From Bacteroidota bacterium (GTDB taxonomy: Bacteria; Bacteroidota; Bacteroidia; Chitinophagales; BACL12), in the NCBI GenBank assembly GCA_016706865.1, contig JADJIS010000002.1, positions 484,419 to 548,418 on the forward strand: a stretch of DNA of 64,000 nucleotides, given 5' to 3'. The notes under the pieces were generated by a model. The model did no database searches. It saw nothing but the letters and a program-made list of their open reading frames with translations, and had not been told where the DNA came from. The translations under genes and the position numbers were made by a program. This document shows, in pieces, positions 29,638-39,356 of this stretch. Within the stretch, counting starts at the first letter, position 1. Each line of letters begins with the position of its first letter.

Positions 29638-29681
29638 AATTTTCCATTTTCCTGTTTGATCGCACAGGAAAATGGAAAATT
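29638..29681. promoter_or_regulatory. perfect 18-bp inverted repeat (hairpin or operator)
   Basis: AATTTTCCATTTTCCTGT - ttgatcgc - ACAGGAAAATGGAAAATT. It lies between two co-oriented minus-strand genes. Confidence 0.6.
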
Positions 29682-29713
29682 ACCCCCTTTTTTTCAAATA
29701 CAGGAATACTACA

Positions 29714-30148
29714 TTATTTATTTTTTGTGACCGGTATATCTGAAATTATCTGCCATTTGCCTTCAGAATTCAATATGTAGGTTTGATATGTAGTAAAAAT
29801 CATTTTATCCGATTCAAATACCACCTTGGCAGTTGCAACATATTCGCTGATATCCAGGTTAATGATCTCCACGCTGCGTTTTTCGCCACCTATTTTTCCT
29901 GCTGATAAAAGGAAGATATACTTTTCTTTTGACAAAACAGTTGTTTTGTCAGGTGTTGGAAAACGTAAAGCAACTACCCTGAAATTTTCATTCAGTAAAG
30001 GGTCTAATAAAAGGGTATCTCTATTTTCAACTGCCGATGAAAAATTAGTTACAAGAGTACTGATCTCTTCTTTTGCCTTATTTGTGTTTTGTCCGAATAG
30101 GGTAAGGCTTACAAGTGTTAGCATAATTGTTAGATTTAAAGATCTCAT
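29714..30148 (-). CDS. secreted NTF2-like (SnoaL_3/DUF4440-like) protein
   Basis: Signal peptide. 144 aa with the size and pattern of nuclear-transport-factor-2-like lipocalin-type proteins. Confidence 0.45.
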   Translation of the reverse strand: MRSLNLTIMLTLVSLTLFGQNTNKAKEEISTLVTNFSSAVENRDTLLLDPLLNENFRVVALRFPTPDKTTVLSKEKYIFLLSAGKIGGEKRSVEIINLDISEYVATAKVVFESDKMIFTTYQTYILNSEGKWQIISDIPVTKNK

Positions 30149-30218
30149 AAAATTGGTTTTTATAGTATCAGTTTATTCTGATACAATGCAAAATTGTTGC
30201 GTTCCATAAAATTGTACC

Positions 30219-30234
30219 TGAGACAATTGTCACA
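30219..30234. promoter_or_regulatory. CRP/FNR-type palindromic site
   Basis: TGAGA-CAATTG-TCACA has one mismatch to TGTGA-N6-TCACA. It is about 71 nt upstream of the ATG at 30148 and just downstream of the Crp/Fnr regulator gene. Confidence 0.4.
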
Positions 30235-30245
30235 AAATATTATAC

Positions 30246-30824
30246 TTACTTTTTCCTTCTAATTCTTGTAAGCGTTTCCCTTGTTACACCAAGATAAGAT
30301 GCGAGTTGTGATAAACTTACCCTTTGAAGAAAGTTTGGATTGTGTTGGAGGAGATAATGATATCTTTCAGTAGGAGAATAAATTTTAAAAAGATTACTGT
30401 GCTCTTCCTGCGAAATTAAGAGTTGTTCCAAGAGTTTTCTTCCAAATGATTCAATTTCAGGTGAGACTTTATAAAGATCAAGTAATTTGTCTTTGTCGAA
30501 TTCGAATATGGTAGAATCTTCACCTGTTACTATATTGCTATCTGATATTGAATTGGAGCGTAAACTTTTTAAATTGGTTATAAAATTATTTTCAAAGGTA
30601 AAATCCGTATTTATTTCTATTCCGTCTTTGTTTACATAAGTCCTCAGATACCCTTTTTCAACAAATACAATAGTTTTACAAACCGTGCCTTCTTTTAATA
30701 TAAGTTTTCCTTTTTTGAGATCCGCGGTAGAGGTTATCTCAAATAGTTTATTAATGCTATCCGCAGAGATCTCTGTAAATCTGTTTATTTTCTTATACAG
30801 GAGAGTTTGGCTATGATCTGTCAT
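30246..30824 (-). CDS. Crp/Fnr family transcriptional regulator
   Basis: cNMP-binding beta-roll followed by the C-terminal HTH SLSQLASYLGVTRETLTRIRRK. Confidence 0.85.
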   Translation of the reverse strand: MTDHSQTLLYKKINRFTEISADSINKLFEITSTADLKKGKLILKEGTVCKTIVFVEKGYLRTYVNKDGIEINTDFTFENNFITNLKSLRSNSISDSNIVTGEDSTIFEFDKDKLLDLYKVSPEIESFGRKLLEQLLISQEEHSNLFKIYSPTERYHYLLQHNPNFLQRVSLSQLASYLGVTRETLTRIRRKK

Positions 30825-30874
30825 ACTTAATTCGTTTTAATAAAAGTTATCTTTTAAAACAAATTGTATTCACT

Positions 30875-31378
30875 TTATGGATATAAATACGGCTCCTTAT
30901 TGGCCGCCATTTTCCGAATATTTTCGATTACCCTTTTCATATAGGTTTTCCAAAATGTTTTTGTAAATAACCAATTTAATGGATAAAGCAAACCGATATC
31001 TGATTTCAAATGGTAGGTATATTCTACCAATATTTTATTCGGTTCGATTTCGGTAGTTTTCCATTCGCCTGTAAACTTTGAAAATCCCAGCATCCAAGAT
31101 TGAAAATCGCTCACTTCAATTTTCCAATATTTATTTTCTTCGCGTTCAATAACTTTGTCAACTGATGCAAATCCTCCCTTTTGAGAAATGGATTTAGCTA
31201 CAAACACCTTTTTTGTGGATCCCGGTTTACCCCAATTTTCATCTTCTGTTGCGTGCGTTACCTTTGGCATAATACCGAAGCCTGTGTGCACTTTTGCCAC
31301 ATTGCATAACATGGGAGTTTTAAATGCTCTTTCTAATGAGCAGTTATAAATAGTTTCAATTTTAACTGTTGTTACCAT
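30875..31378 (-). CDS. SRPBCC (START/Bet v1-like) superfamily protein
   Basis: 167 aa with an alternating beta pattern and a long C-terminal helix. Weak, pattern-level call. Confidence 0.45.
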   Translation of the reverse strand: MVTTVKIETIYNCSLERAFKTPMLCNVAKVHTGFGIMPKVTHATEDENWGKPGSTKKVFVAKSISQKGGFASVDKVIEREENKYWKIEVSDFQSWMLGFSKFTGEWKTTEIEPNKILVEYTYHLKSDIGLLYPLNWLFTKTFWKTYMKRVIENIRKMAANKEPYLYP

Positions 31379-31465
31379 ATAGTTGAATTTTGTTGTTTCC
31401 CCAGAATTTTACGCATTTACAATTTTACCTGATTCATGCACTGCTCTTTTTTAAAATTCCTATTT

Positions 31466-31798
31466 TCAGAAATTTAAAACTTTTGCGTTTTCCAATAATT
31501 TTTTCCCCTCCTTCCATGTAGGTAAAACATTTGCATCATAGGTGTATGTTCTGATCTCCTTTGCGATCTCCTTACTTTTTTTCATCGCATCCAGGTGCGG
31601 ACCACTCCTTGCAAATTCTTTTAATTCTGCTTCGTTGTTCCAGAGCGTCATAGTATAATGTTTTGTCCAGAAGCCTGTGCTTTTAAAATCTTTGAAATTG
31701 GTTGTTTTTAACTGCTTAATAACTTTTAAGGCGCGTGAGGATAAAAGGAAGAATTTCATTGGTCCTTTTAGTTCAATGGATGTAATTGTTACTTTCAT
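31466..31798 (-). CDS. DUF3291-like / ABM-fold small protein
   Basis: 110 aa. The pattern FFLLS....K....GF......HYTMTLWNNEAELKEFARSGPHLDAM is recognised by eye. Confidence 0.5.
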   Translation of the reverse strand: MKVTITSIELKGPMKFFLLSSRALKVIKQLKTTNFKDFKSTGFWTKHYTMTLWNNEAELKEFARSGPHLDAMKKSKEIAKEIRTYTYDANVLPTWKEGKKLLENAKVLNF

Positions 31799-31911
31799 AT
31801 ACTAATATATTTTTCGGAGGGGAAAAATCATCCTTTTGTAATTATGGATTTACATGCATTTTTTTTCATTACATGGTATTTACAAATTTAATTTTTAAGT
31901 TGTTGCACTAA

Positions 31912-34900
31912 TTATCGCATGATAAGAATTTTTTGTTTGTAAATATCCCCTCCTGTTTGTAATACTATAAAATATACTCCAACCGAAAGATTTGAATTTA
32001 TTTGCAGAGAGTTAAGAATATTTCCTGCTTGAACATACACATTTTGACCTGATGAATTATAAATATATAATTCATAATCGGCATTGTTCATTGATTGTTC
32101 AAATGCAAGCACAAAATCCCCATTTGATGGGTTTGGATATAGCATTAATTCATTATTTGGTATTGATGCATTGAGTTCATTTTCGCCGAAATTGTTTTCT
32201 TCACCATCTTTGAGAGGTAATGTAGTGAAATTTACAACGGGGGTAAAGGGACCGCCAATTACTCCGCAAATTCCTTGAACTTTAATTTCATAAGTAGTAT
32301 TCGGGAATAAATTTTTAATTACCTTTTGTACTGTTGATGCCGTTACTTTTTTCCAAACAGTTGTCCCAGTTGCGCGGTACCAGACCTTATATTTTGTTGC
32401 TCCTTCCACTGCGCCATACTTTGCTTTGGCTGATGTAGTGGTTATATTACTGATAGTTAAGTAAGAAGGCGCATTTACACATGCAGGGCAAAGTGTCTGA
32501 AAATTATATATACTTGAATAATCTCCACTATCCGTAGCACAAATTGCACGTATTTTAAAATCATAGAATGTGCATCCTGATAATAGAGAAATATCGAAGA
32601 TTGCATCTGCATTTATTAATGTATCCCAGATAACGGAGGTTGTGGGTTTAAATAAAATTTCATATACCACTGCATCCGGTGAATCATCCCATGTTACATG
32701 AGCTGCGGATTCTGTGATGCCTGAAATTATAACGCCATTTATAATTATGGAAGAACACGGAATTATACAACCGGAAGTTTGTACAACTAAAGTATCACTC
32801 CATGCAGATGCCCCGCTTTCACAATTTTTCTGAATAAGAAATAAATAATCAGTGCAAGGTACCAATGATTCAAAATTGACTTCCGGATTTAAAAGTAAGG
32901 TATCATTCCAATCAGTATCGCCTGCACTTTTCCATTTTATGATATAATTAAAATCAAATTTATTACCTGTCCAACTTAAATAAATAGAATTGGAAAGAGC
33001 CGATGAAGTTAGTGATGGTATTGTTGTGCAGGATGAAGCAGCACTATTAAAATATAAAATTTCCAGTGTTTCCTCGTTATCATTAACTGATAATGCGCCT
33101 ATCTCATCTATGCCATCGCCTGTAAAATCCGGCTCGAAAAATAATCGTCGCCCTAATTTCTGATGTTCTTTGGATGTGTCGGCTTCAATCAATTTAGAGG
33201 GCAATTTTACCCCCGTATAGCTCCCATAAAATATATAAATACCGCCTTCCGTATAAGTGTTATAATCATCAACTGATCCCGTATATCCCAATGCGCCAAC
33301 TACAAGATCATCATAACCGTCATTATTAATGTCATTGGGTCCTGCAAAGGAACCTCCTAAATGAGCTTCCAATTGACCACCCTTAAAAACCCATTTATTA
33401 TTATCAGAAATTCCGGAGCTGCTCCCATAATATAATCTTATCTGACCTTCGTAAGTAAAATTTTCCGGAGTAGAACGGTCTTTTATAAGTATATCATCAA
33501 ACCCATCCGCATTTACATCACCGGCAGCATATGCGGGGTCACCAAGATATTCATTATCTACTGTGCCGATTATATTTGAAATTGGAGTTGTTGAAAGGCC
33601 GGATGCTGAACCTAAAAATAATTTAATTCCACCCCAACTATCAGGAGCCATATATAGATTATATGCATAAGTTGAAGTAACAACCAGATCATTATATCCG
33701 TCACCATTTACATCACCTGCATTTGCAATATCATAACCAAAATCTTCTTTCGATACAGACCCTTTTAAAATATTAGCCGGTGGGGTTTGATAACCATCTA
33801 CAGTTCCTAAAAATACATAAACTGCACCCTGGCGTGAACCAATCTCATTATAAGAATCATCCCCAACTACCAGATCTTTAATTCCATCTCCATTAAAATC
33901 TTCAGCTATTATTTTTTTTCCAAAGGCTAAAACATTAGGATTATCAGTATAAGTAAAAATAGTTGGTGTTGTATTAATTCCAGTTGCATTACCATTATAA
34001 ATATATACTGCTCCATTAACACCATAATCTTTTGAAGCTACAGCTACATCATCAAATCCATCATTATTGTAATCACCCAGATTTGCCACACCGGCACCTA
34101 AATGTTGGCTAAGTTCAATTCCAGTGACAATAGTAGAAGGCGTGGTTTCTATTCCTAAACCGGGACCATGATTCAAGTATATACCAAATCCTCCAGGAGC
34201 TTGATAATATCCGGGATAAGTTTGTGCTCCGATTACAACATCGTTGTAACCATTATTATCCAGATCAATATCCAATACCACATCTCTTTCATAATAAATA
34301 GAACTTTCATATAAAGTATGTTGAAGCATTACAGATGAGTCGGCAACATCATTAATATAATTAAGATTTGGAGATCCATAATATATAAATATACCTCCAG
34401 CGCCAGTAAAAGGCGCATTAAACCCGGGAATTCCAACAATATAATCATCAAATCCGTCCTGATTAAAATCAGCGTCTCCGGCTAATGACTTTCCATAACT
34501 GGTATAGGAATATTCATATAATCGATTTGCCCATGCAGCTCCGCTTTTTAATCCGGTAGCTGAACCAAAATATAATGCCGACCCCTCCGATCCTGTTCCA
34601 CATTCAGGTGCGAACACTGATCCACTTAGTCCTGAAGAATACAGAAGATCCGAATATCCGTCACCATTAAAATCACCAGCATTAATAACGGTGGTGCCAC
34701 TATGATTAAATAACCCTGTTTTGTTCCATGAAAGTACAGGGCCAGTAGGTCCTCCTAAATAATTTTTTACCATGCCCTTACACGAATTTGCCTCACCACC
34801 TTCACCGGGATTTCCTATTGTGAAGTCGGCAAACCCATCATTATTTACATCCATATCGCCAGCTATTGACCAACCCATACCTGCATGTTCGGTTTCGCCA

Positions 34901-36297
34901 TAAAATGTATAGGAAGGAATGGTATCCGGAATTGTTGCCGTACCATAAAATAAATAGGCCGCTCCCTGATAATGCAATAAAGTATCTTCGTAATTATAAT
35001 AAGGTGCACCAATAAAAAAGTCGTTAAACCCATCACCATTTATATCACCACCTTTACCAACTGATCGACCAGTACCACTGTATAAAATTCCGGTATATTT
35101 CCAAACCGGAATTGGATTTAAACCTGTTTCACTTCCATAATATAAATAACACCTACCTCGAGCTCCATCATATATTCCCGGATAATAATAAGAAGTGATA
35201 ATTACATCTCCGTATCCATCACCATTTATATCGCCTAATCCATTTACATAAGATCCAAAATTTCCATTAAGATCATCTAGTGGTGGTAGTATTTCCAAAA
35301 TGTTGTTGGAATCAATACCATAACTGCAACCATACATAATATAAGCGGCACCAGTTGCATTATAACCATACACTCCATCAGTATAATATTGATAAGGTGC
35401 TCCAGCAATTATATCTTCATATCCATCATCATTGATATCACCTGCGTTTGCAACTTTAGAACCAAGTCTTGAATCATTAATGCTTGATAATAATTTAAAA
35501 TTTGGTTTTTCAGAAATCCCATATAGGTTTGTTAAATGAACAAATACTCCACCATCTCCCGTAATTCCTTTGTCGTAAAAAGGAGCACCTCCAATAACAT
35601 CATCATATCCATCATCATTTACATCAGCTAAGGCAACGCTACTTCCAAACTGTGCGGATGCGTCATCTGAGTTAATAACGTTTAAAACCAGACTGCGAAA
35701 CAATGGATCAATTATTAATGGGTAAACTGCATCGATATCCTCGATAATAAATTCAATTTTAATGTCATTGTTTTCGATATCAGAAATAATATTCGTTGAA
35801 AAACCAATTAAATTATTATTTGCATCCCAAACTTTGAAACCTGAATATTCAAAAACCTGATAATCATTTTTATCCGGCATAAAAAAATTAACTTGCTCGT
35901 TTGTGTTTTGAATTTCGAGATTAGTTTTTATGTTGATATGAAAAATAAGGGGTGAATTACCTTCAGGTTTTTTATTCAAAATATAATTAGTTCTTAATCC
36001 CTCCGGCTTTTTAAAATATTCTATTTCCAATAAATTTTCAAAATCGTATTTCACATATCCTTCATTTTTTATTGTAGGATATGAATGGTATTGGTTGATC
36101 AAATTCAGATTTCCTGTGCGGCCAAACTCGATCGCTTCAAGATTGAGATAGAGTTTTTCATCCTTTTGAAATTTTAGGTTAAATGCAGCCGGTTGAATTG
36201 AAACATCATACTTCGACTGTGCAATTAAGTCAGCAGAAAAAAATAGTGTTGAAATGGCAAAAAACACAAGCCCGGAAATGGTTAAGAATGGTCTCAT
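31912..36297 (-). CDS. giant FG-GAP/VCBS-repeat surface protein with FN3-like domains and T9SS C-terminal sorting domain
   Basis: 1461 aa with a signal peptide. More than 12 repeats of GD(I/V)NGDGY.D...GAP. Three FN3-like modules (YEILFKP, YKVWYR). C-terminal LYPNPSNGDFVL...GVYFIVLQ is a Por secretion tail. Confidence 0.85.
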   Translation of the reverse strand: MRPFLTISGLVFFAISTLFFSADLIAQSKYDVSIQPAAFNLKFQKDEKLYLNLEAIEFGRTGNLNLINQYHSYPTIKNEGYVKYDFENLLEIEYFKKPEGLRTNYILNKKPEGNSPLIFHINIKTNLEIQNTNEQVNFFMPDKNDYQVFEYSGFKVWDANNNLIGFSTNIISDIENNDIKIEFIIEDIDAVYPLIIDPLFRSLVLNVINSDDASAQFGSSVALADVNDDGYDDVIGGAPFYDKGITGDGGVFVHLTNLYGISEKPNFKLLSSINDSRLGSKVANAGDINDDGYEDIIAGAPYQYYTDGVYGYNATGAAYIMYGCSYGIDSNNILEILPPLDDLNGNFGSYVNGLGDINGDGYGDVIITSYYYPGIYDGARGRCYLYYGSETGLNPIPVWKYTGILYSGTGRSVGKGGDINGDGFNDFFIGAPYYNYEDTLLHYQGAAYLFYGTATIPDTIPSYTFYGETEHAGMGWSIAGDMDVNNDGFADFTIGNPGEGGEANSCKGMVKNYLGGPTGPVLSWNKTGLFNHSGTTVINAGDFNGDGYSDLLYSSGLSGSVFAPECGTGSEGSALYFGSATGLKSGAAWANRLYEYSYTSYGKSLAGDADFNQDGFDDYIVGIPGFNAPFTGAGGIFIYYGSPNLNYINDVADSSVMLQHTLYESSIYYERDVVLDIDLDNNGYNDVVIGAQTYPGYYQAPGGFGIYLNHGPGLGIETTPSTIVTGIELSQHLGAGVANLGDYNNDGFDDVAVASKDYGVNGAVYIYNGNATGINTTPTIFTYTDNPNVLAFGKKIIAEDFNGDGIKDLVVGDDSYNEIGSRQGAVYVFLGTVDGYQTPPANILKGSVSKEDFGYDIANAGDVNGDGYNDLVVTSTYAYNLYMAPDSWGGIKLFLGSASGLSTTPISNIIGTVDNEYLGDPAYAAGDVNADGFDDILIKDRSTPENFTYEGQIRLYYGSSSGISDNNKWVFKGGQLEAHLGGSFAGPNDINNDGYDDLVVGALGYTGSVDDYNTYTEGGIYIFYGSYTGVKLPSKLIEADTSKEHQKLGRRLFFEPDFTGDGIDEIGALSVNDNEETLEILYFNSAASSCTTIPSLTSSALSNSIYLSWTGNKFDFNYIIKWKSAGDTDWNDTLLLNPEVNFESLVPCTDYLFLIQKNCESGASAWSDTLVVQTSGCIIPCSSIIINGVIISGITESAAHVTWDDSPDAVVYEILFKPTTSVIWDTLINADAIFDISLLSGCTFYDFKIRAICATDSGDYSSIYNFQTLCPACVNAPSYLTISNITTTSAKAKYGAVEGATKYKVWYRATGTTVWKKVTASTVQKVIKNLFPNTTYEIKVQGICGVIGGPFTPVVNFTTLPLKDGEENNFGENELNASIPNNELMLYPNPSNGDFVLAFEQSMNNADYELYIYNSSGQNVYVQAGNILNSLQINSNLSVGVYFIVLQTGGDIYKQKILIMR

Positions 36298-36352
36298 AAG
36301 GTTTTTTTTGCAAATCTAGTGCATTTCACCCATTCTAGGATAGAATGGCTCC

Positions 36353-37006
36353 TCATTTAAGATAAACAAAGTCAGAATATTTGAACTTCTGAAACCCCTT
36401 AGGAATGGTATTGGTTGCGAATGTTTGATTTTTTATCCATAACTCAATTTCCGCTTTTAATTCCATATTGCACTTAAAATCAAAATCCATGTGAATATCA
36501 GTTCTTACGGTTGGAGACACCGAAACATCTTCACATTTACCCTCCTTATTGATCAATAATGTGTGAACGTATATTTGAATAACAGCACTATCCTCTTTAT
36601 AATCACTTAGTTTTTTATTGAGGAGTTCAGCAAGACCCTGTGCTAAAGTTTTTCCGATTTGTAAATCGGGTAAAAGGTAACTTTCCGGATACTCAACCTT
36701 TTGATATTTCCGTTCGAGTGATTTTGGATTCCAAAATAATTTTTGATTTAATGTTTCAAATGCGTTTTGGTGATTTATAATTTCACCTGAAACAATATCA
36801 ATTGTGATCAATTGATTGTCAGTGGTGATTAAATAAAGATTGGATCTCTCTTGAAAAATAGAATGCTGCGACATTTTTTTCATTAGTCTGTTTTTTATAG
36901 TTTCATTTGCGCTGTAATTCCAGGTGAAAGTACCTCTAAATTCGTTTACGATGTATGTAGAAGGATCAATTTGATGCGTCTTAAGGAATCCGATAAGCAC
37001 CGTCAA
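36353..37006 (-). CDS. hypothetical protein
   Basis: 217 aa ORF. No motif recognised. Confidence 0.5.
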   Translation of the reverse strand: MTVLIGFLKTHQIDPSTYIVNEFRGTFTWNYSANETIKNRLMKKMSQHSIFQERSNLYLITTDNQLITIDIVSGEIINHQNAFETLNQKLFWNPKSLERKYQKVEYPESYLLPDLQIGKTLAQGLAELLNKKLSDYKEDSAVIQIYVHTLLINKEGKCEDVSVSPTVRTDIHMDFDFKCNMELKAEIELWIKNQTFATNTIPKGFQKFKYSDFVYLK

Positions 37007-37079
37007 TTTCTTGCTATTTTTTATTTGTGAGTTCCATTTTATTTAATTTGACAGTCAAATAAATTTGTTGTTCCTCAAA

Positions 37080-37637
37080 TTAAAGCATCCGTTTTTGTTC
37101 TCCACTTAATTTAATTGTTTTTTCAAGCCTTGATATTCTGGTCTTTTCCTGTTTCGCATTCATGATCCAATGAGTCATTACCTTTTTATATGATGGAGCT
37201 TGTTTATTAAAAAATTCCCAGGCAGTCTTATTCTTTTTGAATTGGTTTTCAAATTTTGAATCTAGAGTTCCCGGTATATTTTCGTATGAATAAATTCCGG
37301 ATCTGTTTTCCAGCCTCCACTCAAAAGCCTTTTGTCCTTCCGGCATCATCAATCCGGCTTTAGTGAGTTCCTCAACTTTTTTGATATTGATCTCACTCCA
37401 GTTGCTATTCTTCCTTCGCGGGGTAAATCGGTTGCAGTAACTTTCTTTATCAACGGATCTTCTTACTCCATCTATCCAACCAAAGCACAGCGCCTGATCA
37501 ACTGCTTCCGGCCAGGTTATAGAAGGTTTCCCCGTTCCAACTTTATAGAAACCAACGAATAACTCTGTTTCTTTTTTGTGATTTTTTTTTAACCACTTTC
37601 TGAAATCGGCAGGTGTTGGGAAAAATATTGGAGTCAT
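37080..37637 (-). CDS. YdeI/OmpD-associated family protein
   Basis: The pattern FFPTPADFRKWLKKNH....ELFVGFYK.......ITW.EAVDQALCFGWIDGVRR is the characteristic YdeI N-terminus. Confidence 0.85.
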   Translation of the reverse strand: MTPIFFPTPADFRKWLKKNHKKETELFVGFYKVGTGKPSITWPEAVDQALCFGWIDGVRRSVDKESYCNRFTPRRKNSNWSEINIKKVEELTKAGLMMPEGQKAFEWRLENRSGIYSYENIPGTLDSKFENQFKKNKTAWEFFNKQAPSYKKVMTHWIMNAKQEKTRISRLEKTIKLSGEQKRML

Positions 37638-37784
37638 TTTTATTTATTAATTTAAATTCCAATTTTGATTATAGGATTTTGTTTTTTGCAATTTTGATTA
37701 CAAATATTTTGAAAAGTTACATTAGTAATAATATAAATTTGGATAACTTTCAAAATTCATGGAAATAAGAATGATTCAAAAAAA

Positions 37785-38579
37785 TTAATTTTTCTTTGCA
37801 TGTACCCAGTAATAACCACTATTGTTATGAAATACTGAACTCTTGTAATTTTTTGCATCAATAATGATGCGATCAAAATAAGTCCGATAATACCATACAA
37901 AAAATACTGCACCAAGTGTAGGTTCATCTACAAATGAATAATCAAGCCAAATTTCAGCTTTACGATCTGGTTTAAATCCTTTATACCCATAAGATTTTTC
38001 TGATTTCGACAATACATGATTCCCGCTTGCATCAAACAAATAATAGAATTCACCACCATAAACCGCCGTTCCGTTTTGAGTAAAAGCAGGCATATACCAA
38101 ACAGAAATAGTAGAATCTTTGTTCCTTTGTATATAAGGGTTAAAATTCACATTTGCGCCATCTAGGTATTGTGAAAGAAGATCGCTGCCCTTAATTAACG
38201 ATCTGCAAAACGAATTTGTAGTGAATGTATCTATTTCAATATGAATGCGTTTTATCCGGGCACTTGAATCAACTGTATAATGAAAAACTAAATCATATTG
38301 CCCATCTGTAAATTTTCCATATGCAGCATGCCATAAATCGTCTTGTTTAAAACAGAACCATTGAGGCCCCAGTTTTGCTTGCTCAGCTTCTGAAGAGGCA
38401 GAAACCTTGTCAGATGTCCACCATGCAATATTATCATATTCACATAACCAAAATACGGTATCCATTTTGCTGTTAAATCGGTTGATAAATTTATCAATTT
38501 CCAATTTACTCGTATCTTCTTGTGCTTGAAGATTACTGATTATTAAAAATAATAAAACTGCAATTATCGGATGTTTCAT
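37785..38579 (-). CDS. secreted hypothetical protein
   Basis: Signal peptide MKHPIIAVLLFLIISNLQAQ. 264 aa. Confidence 0.6.
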   Translation of the reverse strand: MKHPIIAVLLFLIISNLQAQEDTSKLEIDKFINRFNSKMDTVFWLCEYDNIAWWTSDKVSASSEAEQAKLGPQWFCFKQDDLWHAAYGKFTDGQYDLVFHYTVDSSARIKRIHIEIDTFTTNSFCRSLIKGSDLLSQYLDGANVNFNPYIQRNKDSTISVWYMPAFTQNGTAVYGGEFYYLFDASGNHVLSKSEKSYGYKGFKPDRKAEIWLDYSFVDEPTLGAVFFVWYYRTYFDRIIIDAKNYKSSVFHNNSGYYWVHAKKN

Positions 38580-38867
38580 AATATGCTGATTAGCGTTTAA
38601 CAGATTTCCGGATAGACAGCATAAAACTGTAAATCCATAATAAAATTACAAAAATTTATCTAATGGCAAATTATTTTGCGAATATCAATATCCGGTTATA
38701 ATAACTGTCCTATTAAAGTTTATTTTGTACTGGTTTTTTTTGTCGGATATTGGAAGTATTTACTATTCAAATTATTATGATAGTAGGAGGTAAAAAGTTA
38801 TTTTTAAATAGAAATACAAAATATATTAACCTTGAAATTATTTGTAAGGGCAGTTATCGTATTACAG

Positions 38868-39356
38868 TCATTCAATCTCCTCTTCTGTATTATCATTTGT
38901 TACTGCCTTGAAATTGTCAACAACCCATTGTTTCAATTCTGCATTTTTAAAGTCGAACCATTTTTGCCGGTAGTCCCCTGAGTTATCAATTACCCACTTA
39001 AATTCTCTGAAAGGTTTTCTTTTATTTAATGCCTTAAATAACTCAGATTTAAGTTCGTCGTTGCCTTCTAATTGATACGCGAAGTTTTCCATAATTTTAA
39101 AACTGTCGTTCGAATCCGGTTTGTCAATTTCGAAATAATCGTCAGGATTGTTATTTAATTTTTCGAGGTCTTCATCCTTTAGATCTTCATCAAAATCTGT
39201 ATAGTCCTCATTATTAAGAATGAAAAGAAGTTCACCGGTATGTTTGTGCCAATAACTCCGAAATCCGCAGTCAAGCATTTCTGCTATTTCTTTAATTTGT
39301 TCTTCTGTTAGGGACGCCATACTAGGTATAATTAGTCTGAAGGCTAAATTATACAT
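38868..39356 (-). CDS. UPF0158-like hypothetical protein
   Basis: The acidic protein starts either at 39356 (TAATG overlap with the upstream stop) or at the Met at 39320 (MASLTEEQIKEIAEML). Family assigned by pattern only. Confidence 0.5.
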   Translation of the reverse strand: MYNLAFRLIIPSMASLTEEQIKEIAEMLDCGFRSYWHKHTGELLFILNNEDYTDFDEDLKDEDLEKLNNNPDDYFEIDKPDSNDSFKIMENFAYQLEGNDELKSELFKALNKRKPFREFKWVIDNSGDYRQKWFDFKNAELKQWVVDNFKAVTNDNTEEEIE

